A DNA stretch of 64,000 nucleotides, taken from positions 124,001-188,000 of the forward strand of contig NW_026861919.1 of the NCBI RefSeq assembly GCF_026571515.1. Direction: 5' to 3'. The stretch is from Ruditapes philippinarum. Its lineage: Eukaryota. The notes beneath the pieces were generated by a model. That model saw only the letters and a list, made by a program, of their open reading frames with translations. It was not told the origin of the DNA and did not search any database. The translations under genes and the position numbers were made by a program. Shown here in pieces: positions 25,901 through 38,178 of the stretch (position 1 is the first letter of the stretch; every line of letters starts with the position of its first letter).

Positions 25901-28550
25901 TGTAAAAACAAAGTAAAAAAACTAACAAAATTATAAGTTTAAAAGCTACATATCACCAACTGACACCGATGACTTATAAACTAATACCGGTTATGCGTCA
26001 AGCTTAATTTTCACAACAAGCACACATCTGACTTAAGCGTAGACCATGAGTAACTGCAACTTACCCGAACTTTGAAGAGTATTCAAATAGGCATTAGAAT
26101 CACTTGCCAACTGACAGTGAATTGAGGGCGTTAGCGTTTAAACCATCAAGGGCAACTTTTTTCTTCTTTCTTTTTTTTCTTTTTGAACATTATTTAGCAT
26201 CCCTCCTCTGATCCCTTAATGGAGAAAAAAACGGTTTTGGATTTAAATGTTATCCATAATTATTGAGGGTGATTCATTTGGCTAGATAATGCCAATTGTA
26301 TGCAAATATCTACCATATATGTATAAAGTTCGAAGTAAGCGAATAAAAAGACTGATGTAAAAAGTAGTGTTAATATTTGCGATGAATGAACGCAATGTAC
26401 CTTTGAAGAAAATTTAGTGAATCCTTTGGAAAACAGGCCGCGTATGGTGGTAAACGGGGTGTAGGATATTTTGAATATGGCTTTTCCAGTCTGCAAATCT
26501 CTATGTATTTTGGTTGTGAGTAAGCTCCGAAGGGATCCACTTTTGTTTCCAGAATTTTCCATATTATAGGAAATGGTCAAATTAGTGTTTAAAGTGCTGG
26601 TATAGGTTATTTTATAACTTATTAGAACATTTTGTTTAGAAACCAAACATTTTCTGGTAATTTTAACCTGAAGTAATAATTTGTTTCTTAACAATTGAAA
26701 GACACTTTTCATAGATATAGGTATTTAGTATTTAGAGTTTGCCCATATTCGGGAAAATAAGCCCTTTCTTAATGGCAAAATCTAGTTCCAGGAACGAATA
26801 GTATCCATAACTTCACTAAACCGAACGGTAAATCTTATTTAAAATTGCATACAGCGTGACCTTGAAGACATACACAACTCGTCCTATGTTGTCCAATTTT
26901 ACAAGTTCCTTTTCTAGTGCCCATTACCTCATGTCTGGTACCTTAAAGCAAGTGAATATGTTCAATTGTTTATCTAATTTTTGTATAAATATTCTGTCGA
27001 ATGTCTAAGCTAAACCGCTAATTTACATTTGAACTTTTCTTTTACAATAAAAATACAATTTTTCAACTTTCTGGTTTAAGCATTTGTAAGTAAAAATATG
27101 GCAAGAAACTATCTAAACGCAACAAAACAAGCAAACGTATTCACTATGATCCTAAGTTTTATTTGAACTTCAGAGGTAATTGCCATCGTCGGTATCACCA
27201 CGCTCCGCCGAACAATTAACACTTGATCACAGAGGAGTTTTCGCCGATAATCTCCACTTCGATAGGTACGTGTGTCAAATACAGCTGTTTTATTGTCTGC
27301 CTTCACGATTACGCTATTAAAACCGATAATAACGCTCGTCTATACCGACGTTTGGTGAATTAATTCTAGAAAAAAATATACTATTGTGCATATTGCGTCT
27401 AAGATATTCTGCCTTTTAATGCAAACACTTTGACATCAGGCGTTACCAATGGGTCGCTGCTGTTTTTGTTTCTCATAGTTGGTTCTTTTGGAGGGCAGGG
27501 GACCTAAAAATTGAACAATTGTATAGTTCGAGAGTTGGCCAGAAAAACAATCCCAAAATTTCAAAGTGTGTTACACGGCAGATGCCAGTTGCCAAAGCAT
27601 TTATTTAAGGTAATATATGATCATACATAGTAGAAAATTATAGTTGGCATGCTCTTCACATAAGGTGCAGCATACCAATAGAAGTCGCTAGATCCTTAAA
27701 AACCATATCACTTACACACAGTGCAATCGATGACATGTTCAAAAATACAATGAAAAGGTCTTCAGACGTTTAGATTCTTTAGACATAAATGACCTAAAGG
27801 TTTCTTACTTGTTGGCGGCCAACTGTCCAAACTTTGATTTTATTTTTCATTCCCATTCCGGAGAGTCAAAAATACTACAAACTACCCAAAATTGCCTATT
27901 TTTGAGGTTAAAAACCAAAAAATACTTGCTCAATTTCACACATAACATGAAAGAATTACAATGACAGAAATAGTAACAGTTTTCAGTACCTAACACCAAT
28001 TGTCAAGACTATATGAATTACTTTGACGCGGGGCCTTCAATGTCGAATATGCCCCTGGGCCCTTTGCTGTCGAAGGTATATACAATTGTGCTTATTAATA
28101 AAACACGATTTATTGGTCGATGATTTTACTCATCCTTATTGCTGTATATCGACGCAATTTGACTTAATTGTACCCAATGTTGATGACAGTTAATCAACCG
28201 TTGGGCATCCGACGATTGTTATTTGATATAGTCGTCTACTTCAAACAAACCATTCTAATGTTAAGAAATATAATTCTGAGACGACCGATAAACAAAGCAG
28301 ACCGCTTACATATGTTTATTGCCCCCATGACGAAAGAATTCTTCACGAAGTTTGAAGAGTAGACATCCAATGTAGACAACAGCCTTCTCAAAAGCTTATT
28401 CTGTTATTATTATATCCAGTCTTTCTGCTTTTAGATCTCTTTACATCTGTCTTGACTTTAAGTAAGATAATGGCTGAAATCCTAGATAAAACCAAATTAT
28501 AGTTAATAATCTTTACCATAAAAGCCAAGATAAATTGTTTTTATATTTAT
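20000..28550 (-). repeat. Inverted paralogue of 1450-7700 (with extra inserted sequence at ~26000-26900 and ~27150-28200)
   Basis: Same order of modules on the minus strand: X (28300), U (25590), T (25360), S (24750), microexon type (24540), X (23700), microexon type (20810). Confidence 0.85.
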
Positions 28551-30464
28551 TATTATTTTAATAATTGATGACATTATTTATCATATTAACTGTATTGATA
28601 CATTGTCACATGGTGTATTAAATATCACTCTTAACAATTATGAAGAAAATTTTATTGACTTTATATATGTGAATTTCATTGATTTCTTTTTAAAAATTTT
28701 TAAACTTTGAATTTAATTAAAATTAAGACGGATTTAGGCGGAATTTATCAAACAACCACTCGTACAATCATGATTTTAACGAGTATTTCTCTATGCATAA
28801 TGTACTAGTTACTTTGATACTTACTTTTGCTAATATTACGAGTTTATTAACGATGTTGAGTAGACTACTAATCTATGTTGACGGGTTACACATTTCGTGC
28901 AAGGTCTAGCTGGTTAGCTGACATTGTGTTTTTCAAGCTGTGTAAGATTTATCGAGCTATTTTCCCAACCGGAGTAAAATCATCTCTTTATTTTACACCA
29001 CGTTTGTTAACATTTCTGACATCTATGTTTTTAATTACAATTACTTAAGGATTTTATAATGAATTTTTGGCAGTTTTCTAAAATAAAATATTAATTGGAA
29101 TAAAGAGAACGATAAGCCACTTGATAAGATTTGTTGTTCTATATGCGGGTTAACTATAAGGATTGTGATATGGACTTATTACTCAAGACATGTAAACGAT
29201 GCTACACTGTAGATTTGGTCATTATAGTGATCCTGGTATATAGCATCTACATTGATGCCAAAAACTTGAATGCTCCTTGATCATTTAGAAGGTGGTGAAA
29301 TCAGAAAGATATGATTATAGTTGCCATGATTCACAGTTTAATCATATTACTCTACAATTAGTTTATTTTGCATCCATGCCCCCAACATAACTCTCAAAGT
29401 AACGAATATTTCTTTTTTAAAAATAATTTACCTTGTCGTTAGTGACTATACATCCAGAGTAAAGCATTATATATTTATGAATTCTGACACTGCATTACTT
29501 CGTTTTAACTTTCAAATTCTAAAGTAAGCGATTTGTTTCCTTTACTTAACTGCTTGATAGAGTTATTAAGGTTTTTTGCCTTAGGATGAAATAAAAAGAA
29601 GTTTTGTGGAGATCTCATTTCTTTCGCAACTGCGTTTCGGTACCAGAACGTTTTGGCCCGAGATTAATGATTCCTATTACGTTTAAATATCATTCTAAAA
29701 CCAATATTACCATACGGGCTTAATACGTGTTGTGCGTAAGATTTCTTTTTGTTTCATGTTCTAAAAATCGGAACATAAAAACTTGTCTTGAAGTCGTCAG
29801 AGTTTCTTGAATAAACTTAATAGATATCTTGTTTAAAATTATGTTCACTACCTTGAATAAGTAGAATGATTTATGATGAAATTAAATCATTCGATCATTT
29901 TGACAAAGTATAAGCAAGGTACGCAAATTGTCAGAAGCAAAAGTAAAAAATTGTCTAATCCTTAGATTAAATTTTAACAGTCAAATTTATTTTAAAAAAA
30001 TTGAATGTTAGTGAACGTATCGGTTGTTATTGTACATTGTATTTGACAGCTCTTGTTTGGATTGAGTCTAATGTTGTGCATTACCCTTTCCCAATACATA
30101 ACAGCAAAACTCACCAGAAAAGATTGTACTGTTATTCTCGAATAAAACAATCTCATTTGCCGCAGTAAGGAAGATAACGATAATATTGCTTAAACAATGC
30201 AAAGGTTGAGCAATTAGCTATTACAGAGTCTTAAATACCCGCTTAATGTATTTTCTATTAAATTTCCATTTATTTTTGAACTGTAACATTTTTCTAGGGT
30301 TTATAATGGTCATATTGGTTTTTTTTGTTGTTGTTGTGTGTTTTCATGAAGGAATATAGAATGAAGTGGAACAATTATAAAGGATTATCAAAATGCTAAT
30401 TTTCGTTTTTGTGTAGCTTCATCTATCAAAAAACATTGTACGTGTATACTGTTAATAGTAAAAG

Positions 30465-30805
30465 GTACATATTTGTATATTGAGTATAACATAACAGAAT
30501 TCCTGTTCACTTTCTAATTCTCTGTAACTTATATCGTACGTCATACAAACAAAACAGCAAATTGACAACTTTCTTTATTTTAATGCCCATCAATTCAACG
30601 ACATAACCAATTTGAGATGACAGTTTTTCTTTGCCTTAAGACTTCTTAAGCGAAATTGATTTCAGAAATACGAACATAAGACGATTTGAATGTTATTTTC
30701 CTCTGTCTGGAAAGAAATTGACTGAAAGCAGCCAGAGATTCTGGCGTTTGTTTAATTCTGTCATGAAATGAGACGACAGACTATTATAATATAATGGTAA
30801 GTTAA
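30465..30805 (+). repeat. Conserved block C, copy 3 (indel-riddled)
   Basis: Same sequence as 60630-60970 but with many single-base indels. Confidence 0.75.
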
Positions 30806-31231
30806 GAAAACATCTTAAATGGTCTTACTGTCAAATGTTGAGAAAAGCTACAGGGATATATGTGGTCCATGTTTCAAGTGTATGATTCAATCGTCGGAAT
30901 GTCTGAAGTTGTTGAAAAGAAACTAAAATTGAAGAAAATTGAATATATCTAATAATAGCAATAAATTGGAACATTAAGAGGGAAAACTAAAATAAAAGAA
31001 AACTGTACACGATAACCGGTTTAATTGGATAAGAATGTAAATCCTATGTTACCAATTGACTGCATTGCATTTGAATATTTGTAAATACATTTAAAGTTTA
31101 AAAGAAATAACAATCTATGTAAGAATGTTAATTGATACTATAACGAAAACAGTTCCATTTTATAAAACGCGATTAATTTAAGAGGATTTATAATTTATTA
31201 GCAAATTAAAATAGATAAGCAAAAAAGAAAT

Positions 31232-32572
31232 AACAAGAGACATATTAACATGGCCATCCCCCGCCGATTGTGTTTGCTCATTGGAAGAATGTATATGTAA
31301 TTAGAGTCACCCCCCCCCTGATTGTAACGGTTTCTTAGTAATGAAAACTGATGGCCTGAAGTGATTACAGATTGTAAACCTGATGTGAAATTACTTGATG
31401 GCTAAAAATAACAAAGGGCAATAATTGAAAAATAATGCAAGGTGAGTTGATCATTCTTGTGTGCAACTCCTCCTCATGAGATCCATCACTATGAAGTTTC
31501 TGTTGAGACCTTTAACACTTTTTGAGAATAAAGCTCCGGGACAAAAAGCTATGAAAAATAAACAAGTGCAATTTTTCAAAACTTCTATTCAAAAGAGGCT
31601 AGAGTATATAATCTTCTCACAACATTCCCCTCAATAACGTAATCGACCTATGAAGTTTCATTTGAATCCTCAACACGTTTGGATCATGCTCCACTCAGGT
31701 GGGAAAATTAAGATGACAATATCTAAGAAGGGCAATATACTCAAAAGATATAGGGAAGATTATCATTCTATACACTGTTAGTCCTGAGTAGATCTATCCA
31801 CCTACTGAAGTTCACTTATCTCAAACTTAAGCTTTTTGAGTTATATTCTGGACAAAAAATAAGTTTGAAAAATAACAAAGGCCCAATAACTGAAAAATTT
31901 GCTAGGCTTAGAGTTATCATGCTTATGCACTGCATCCTCCTCAATATGAGCTATGCACCTGTGAAGTTTGAAGTTGGGTCCCTCAAATACTTTTTGAGAT
32001 ACTGCTCCCGGACAAAAATGTGGGACCGGAATGACGGACGGACGACAGGACAGATGTAACGACGGACAGAGAGTCCAAATTATATTATTGAGTTTCAAGT
32101 GAATACACTTATATAGTATATACTTAATGAGTTACTGTCTGGACAAAAAAATAAGCATGAAAAAATAACAAAGGGCAATTAACTGAAAAAATATGCACAG
32201 TAGCTTATCAATTCTTGTGCGCGCACTCCTCCGGAATAAGATCTATCCACCTATGAAATTTAAAGTTGATAAACCTGTATACTTTTTGAGATAAACCTCC
32301 GGAGAAAAAGTATAAAAAATATATAAGGCAATAACTCAAAAATTATAAAGGGTGGAGTTATCATTTTGTGCACATCATTCCTCCCTCAATAAAGATCTAT
32401 CCACCTATAAAGTTCATGTTGACATCTCAACGATTTTTTGAGTTAGCTCCACTTGGGAAAAAATTAAGTAAAAAAAATAACAAAGGGCAATAACTCAAAA
32501 AATATGAAGGATAGAGTTATCATTCTTGTGCACCGCACACCTCCTGAGTGAGATCTATCAACCCTATGAAGA
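31232..32572 (+). mobile_element. Helentron/HINE-like element with ~150-160-bp internal tandem repeats and GGAC microsatellite
   Basis: Starts AACAAGAG. Repeated AAAATAACAAAGGGCAATAACT...GTTATCATTCTTGTG...CCTATGAAGTTTCA units; GACGGACGGACG at ~32033-32070. Confidence 0.8.
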
Positions 32573-32574
32573 AA

Positions 32575-35500
32575 TTCCAAAATTACAACACGAAGATACA
32601 ACCTTGATTGAGTGATAGCTTTATATATATTCTTTGTAATACTGTTACACTGGAATATAATGATTTTTCATGGACCTATTTTTTATTTTTATGAATTGTG
32701 ATGTCGGATCAGTGTATGCTGTTTTAAAAACGAATACCTGTTACAGTTGAAAGGTTAAACAAAAGCGCTTCATTCGAGGCCCTGTGATATGTGGAGGATT
32801 TCTATGTGAATGAAAAACGGAACGTTTTTATAATTTCTTATGTTCATTTTAGTGATTAAGCCTGTCCGTGCTCTGCCTGTGTCCCTTTCCGGTTATTGTT
32901 TAGGTGTTAAAGGCTCCTTGCTGCTGCGTTCTTGTTCCTGGTCGTGTTTGGGTTGAGTTCATTGAACGATGTCTTTCCTTGTTGAGCTTGTTTATCATAT
33001 TTTAGATTTTATTACAAAACAGAAATATATCGAGTATTTTGGTTCGGCTTTACGTTACACTAACAAAGTAGAGATCATATGGCAGATTTCCAACTTTACT
33101 GGTGGAGGAAGACTTCATGCGCCCCTCTGAATATAATTTGAGACAGAAACGACACAAGGATAGAACCACCATTTCGCCATTTTCGTATTAAAATGTTGAA
33201 TTTTGCTTGAGTCGGTGATAGAGAACGTGGACGGCAGCTTGCAATTTCAAGCACTGTCCATGAACCGGCTAAATCAAACCGAGCCTGTAATTTTCCATTT
33301 TTCAGCGTCCTTTAGGCATTCTGATTTTTACTTTCTATTTTTCTTTCTGAATAGAACTAATTTTTAATAATTGACAATAATTCATTTTGCGATGATGACT
33401 ATACTATTTGACTGTTTCATCAATTCTATGTTTTATATGATTTGTATGAAGTTTTTATAAAATGTCAAGAGACCTAATGGCTTAATGAGTAATGAGTTCA
33501 ATTGATTATATGTAATTCCTAAATCCCTCCTACACAATAAGTAATTTATTAATTTGAAAGCTTCCTTACACTTGAGATATCTAACGCGTATGTCTGTTTG
33601 TTCCATTCTTTATATTATTGGATCTATTTTTATGAAAATGTTAAGTTCTTAAATGACAATCATAAAATAGCTATGCAATTAAGATTTATCTTATTTTTAT
33701 TCATTTTTGTTGATTACTATTTGCCATCAGATATATACTTTAAGAATAACGATTTTAGGGTTCTATCAATTCAACCATTGATCTTATATATAAATGCTTC
33801 AACTAATTGGGATTTTTGTTGTGTACGTTATGTTAACTGAATAGTTATTTACTCGAGAAAGGAATTATTCCATAAGAAACTCAGTTTCCTTCCAAATAAT
33901 GATTTCCTGAATTTTTACAGGAAAAGATAAATGTTTATGAAGTCTGTATATTTATTGATTTGAACATCATCAATTTTTTACATTCCTTTATCTACTGAAC
34001 ATTCTCCATAGACCAACAAAGCTTAAGACGCTTACATAATACACAGACATAAATTGTACATTTTTATTGTCTTCTAAGGCGAATGTATATAACAAGTTGT
34101 GTCTAGCATATAAATATCAAATGTTAATAATGGTATTACTTTTGTTAACATAATATTGTTTGTTATTTTGTCAATCAACATTCGTATATCTGTCATTTTA
34201 TTTTGTCTGGACTATTTTAAGAATTGATGTGTCCACATATAAGAAAGTGTCGAGATATTTTGCATACAATGTAACATATGCACCAATATTTAATTTAAGT
34301 CTTAGACATTGCATTTGATAGGAGAAAACTGTCCGGAGTCCACACGGTATGTCTCAATACGTGCTTGTTCAAATTAATGTTTCAAAGAGTTTGCTAATCG
34401 TCCTATTTACCTTTGATAAATATTACAAACAAAGAAATAATTCTGTAATTTAAAAAAGTTTCAGAATCATTTTGTCCGCTTCAAATGTATGTATGATTGT
34501 TAAAGCAGCTATCATTTCTGCTCTTCACACCGTTAAACTATTATTATAAAGACATGAGTTCCAAGACCTCAAATTCTAACTTTACAAAATTGATATATGT
34601 CCTTGTCACAAAATGTCAGAATCGGCCTTTATTTAAAGTACTACCCAACGCCCAGAAGTTCTTAGGTTCACGATACAACCACGTCATTTCAATTAGAGGA
34701 AGGAATACACCAATAAACACTTTCCCCAACTAGCAGACGACAGGCTATTCTTATCAGTAGGTTTTCGAGTAAAGATAACCGGTTGCGTATCTCACTGTAT
34801 AAATCGTATGTAAAATGGTGTGACTTATGGTAGGTTTAAGAGTTAATTTAAATACTTTGATGACAAAAAATATGTTAAATTTATATACTGTGGCAAAGCT
34901 AAGATCCCAAGCTTTCCATTGATGTAATATTTTTTAAAATCGGACATTTAATCACAACAATCTAGCGGTTTAAAAATGGCTTAATTTGTATTGTTTTTGC
35001 ATAAGAGATATCGATTTTACTCGAAGATAAGGGAAACAACTCGTATTTTTTCACTCGATATACCTCGGTTATTTACGTAGTTCATATGAAAAGTGTTTAT
35101 GGGTGTATTGCAATACTTCTTTTACAAAGGCAATTTAAGTTTAAAAGAGGAGGAAACAGCTCCAAACCTACATATGACAAAGCTAGCCGAGTTCGGGTAA
35201 AGTTGTGCAGCTGTGTACGAGTTTCATTAGTTAAGAATTGTACCTATCAACGTATTATGACATTTCTAACTCACACATTTTTTACCTGTCAAAACACTTT
35301 TTTTTTTACTTTGTCTGACTTTCATCATAACAGTTTCACATCATCTCTCTCCATCGTAAGAGGTAAGTATTGTACACATATAAATATATATAGAATACAA
35401 ATTGGCTTTTATCACTGGTCTAGCATGACGGCAATATTAACATTATTTTCTACAATCTTGTTGTATCAAGGAAGAAAGAAAAATATCAAAAAATGTTTAA

Positions 35501-35960
35501 TCACGTAATCCGGACATATAATTCCCTAAACAATGATAATGTTTAAGATGCTTATATAATGTAGAGTGTTCTTTATATTATTGCCCCCAAGACGGGTCTA
35601 TCAATTGATTTGTCTAGCAAGTAAATACGAAACAAATAATATGGCATTACTTATTCTTTTAACAAATGCAACATTGATACTATGCATTAGATATCGTATA
35701 TGTTTTGTTTATTGCAAATAGGCTTTTTTTGTTGTTACAGTATCAACTTTTGTACGAATTATCCATCGGCACCGTTCCTTTATCCAAGATATGTTGCTTG
35801 TCTTTAATGTTGTCTTTTGACAGCCGTCGATGACATGATCAAAACATGATCACAACATAACCTCCCTCTAGTTCCCTTTCAGAAATTATATTTTCACCAT
35901 ATCTGAACACATCTAGATTCTTCTATAAGCAACGTTTCTTAATATTTCATTGATAATTTA
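32575..35960 (-). repeat. Left arm of a large inverted repeat; right arm ~40500-43340
   Basis: Reverse-complement matches, e.g. 33770-34200 vs 41850-42270, 35110-35630 vs 40795-41320, 33040-33420 vs 42655-43062. Confidence 0.85.
34704..35109. mobile_element. MITE with ~20-bp TIRs
   Basis: AATACACCAATAAACACTTT ... AAAGTGTTTATGGGTGTATT. It interrupts the sequence GGAATTGCA, which is contiguous (reverse complement) at ~10161, 11127 and 41317. Confidence 0.8.
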
Positions 35961-36864
35961 ACTTGTACTAATTGGAAATGTTTGTATTTTCATTTTTTAA
36001 TAAATCCCTTTTTTGTTAAGAAATACAAGAAATTCCAATTAAGGCATTAAAAGCCAATTTTATTCCCTGCAAAGAATAGAAAATTTGTTTTGAAATCAAA
36101 CAATTCCAACTGATACAATTGCTAGTCAACGAAGATTCAACGATATAACTATGTAACGTATATCTCCTATCATAAAATATGATAGTTTATCTAGTTAAGC
36201 AAACCATCCTTATCAATCCAAAAAACTGCAATAAAATATCAGACGCTTACATATGTCTTATTGTCACTTTGAAGAAAGGGTTATGTCGAAAATGTAGACA
36301 ATGTTTTTCTTAAATATTTAATGGCAAAGTGTTACATGATATTCATTACATTTTGTCTTAAAATCTCCATCTGTCTCGACGTTTATGAGATTTATGATTC
36401 CAGCAATATTCTAGATATTAAGTTTGCCGTTATAAAATTAATGTTAAATTTACACGCCGCCTGCATTAGATGCAAATTAAATTGAAACAAACTCGTCATG
36501 TGCTACTGTACGTACACAATGTGCAAGTTTTATATTAAAATATAATATAATGTAGCCATATTTTCTTATACTAACATTAACAAAATTGACAAAATTTGAA
36601 TAGTTTCAATCATCATAATCATTTCACAGTTGATACCAAATTCTTACAAAATAAACCATCCTCTTGAATTAAGCACAATATAGTTCTGTTAAATTTCTCT
36701 TATTTTGTTACATTTTTTACATGATAAATGATGACATCAACTTCCTTTTTCTAAAGAAGCAAAATTTACGTATGACGGTATATATTTTTGACTGATATTC
36801 CATTTAGTTATGATAGTATTTTCAACCGCTTTCAGAAATAGTCCGGCTACAGTGAGAACTAAAT

Positions 36865-37165
36865 TTTATAAATTTCACTGATGGTTTATCAGACTATAAT
36901 CATTTGATATATTACAGTAAAACTTAGGAAAGCATTAAATAAATGCATATTAAATGTCCTCATTTATTTGTATAGGATTTGACATTTAGATAATAAAGAA
37001 CAGTTTCTGTAACATTTTATTTTACTGTAAAATATGTATGCTAATTATCAGCCTTAATATGATGGATGTCTGTAATATTTTTATTTTTGTAAAAAATGCA
37101 TCAAACATACATCATCTTGAAATTTTATTTATTTGTTTATATGAAAACAGTTAAAATTATTTTGT
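36865..37165 (+). repeat. ~300-bp direct repeat with 38180-38465; the adjoining 37165-37400 repeats at 40180-40410
   Basis: AAATTTCACTGATGGTTTATCAGA... occurs at both sites; TGTCGGTTAAT..GTTAGTTATAAAT.. occurs at 37163 and 40179. Confidence 0.85.
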
Positions 37166-37599
37166 CGGTTAATATGTTAGTTATAAATTTTGTTGTCCAA
37201 TACAAGATATAATGTCGCAAATCAGAATATGTACAATATGTAATGCAAATACTTGTTGTCCACATTATGACTTGTAGTCATTAAATTATATCCATTCATT
37301 TCTTATTGAAAGATTTGACTTAGACTTTATAGAAAATAGATTTTAAATAACCTCCCTTTATTAACAAGAAATATTAATTCGGTAATATCTGTACAAATAA
37401 TAATATTTATTTTGTTTTGAATAAGTGAAACTTTTGTGAAATGGATAATTACGTCAATAATATATATGTAAATGCATAATTAAATTATTATGCTTAATAA
37501 TTTTGAATTAGTGAATGCTTTAGTATAGAAGATATTCATGTCAAGGATATATATTTGTAAATGTATAGCTAAATGATACTTAAGATTGTGCGTCCTTTT

Positions 37600-37915
37600 T
37601 AAATCGAACCACTCTCTATAGCTAAATTTACTGTCTAATGGTTATGTTGTCCTTGTGTTTTGTTTCGGCAAGAACAACATACACGTACTCGAACAAGTAT
37701 AAATATAATTTTATATGATACAGTATATACATCTGAGTTTTTGTCAAATTCATTTAACTTTTTAAATTGATTCACGTTCTATATCTAAATTTACCGACAA
37801 ATGGTTATGTTGTTCTTGTATTTTGATTCGACAAGAACGGCATACACATACTCAAGCAAATATGAATATAAATTTATATGATGCATTATATATATACATG
37901 TATCTTATCAAATTA
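37600..37915. repeat. Two diverged ~170-bp tandem units
   Basis: CTAAATTTAC..AATGGTTATGTTG..CTTG..TTTTG.TTCG.CAAGAAC..CATACAC.TACTC at ~37622 and ~37786. Confidence 0.75.
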
Positions 37916-37919
37916 ATTC

Positions 37920-38178
37920 AATACAATGTATGAAGTTCACTCCTCTGTAAGTTTTGCCAGACTTGGTAATTTATTTAACATTAGGTTAAGTTGAATGTCC
38001 TTTTGTTCTGATGTTCATTTTAATTGATGATATACAATTTTGTGTATACCTTCTCCACTTACACATGTTATGTATATGCTTTACACTGTCTTGTCATGTA
38101 TCATGTATCTGTTTATCCTCATGGACCATTTGGTCCAATGGAATATTGAAATAAACTTATCAAACTTATCAAACTTAT
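37920..38178 (+). mobile_element. 3' end of a non-LTR retroelement
   Basis: Small hairpin GGACCATTTGGTCC followed by AATAAACTTATC(AAACTTATC)n tail. Confidence 0.55.

Larger units (their letters stand above)
10878..33930 (+). repeat. Copy 1 of a ~23-kb direct duplication (copy 2 at ~41178-64000)
   Basis: Continuous colinear identity with an offset of roughly 29-30 kb, e.g. 11500-12100 vs 41680-42285, 13435-18180 vs 42290-47020, 31232-33080 vs 61410-63215. Confidence 0.92.

Noticed and set aside
26260-26712. 150-aa ORF on the minus strand
   Set aside because: No recognisable domain, lies in indel-noisy sequence, and is not preserved in the paralogue at ~56540-56970.
35086-35508. 140-aa ORF (and the related 9907-10278, 9809-10039, 40907-41116)
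   Set aside because: It starts inside a MITE TIR, and paralogous copies break or shift frame; chance ORFs in duplicated non-coding DNA.
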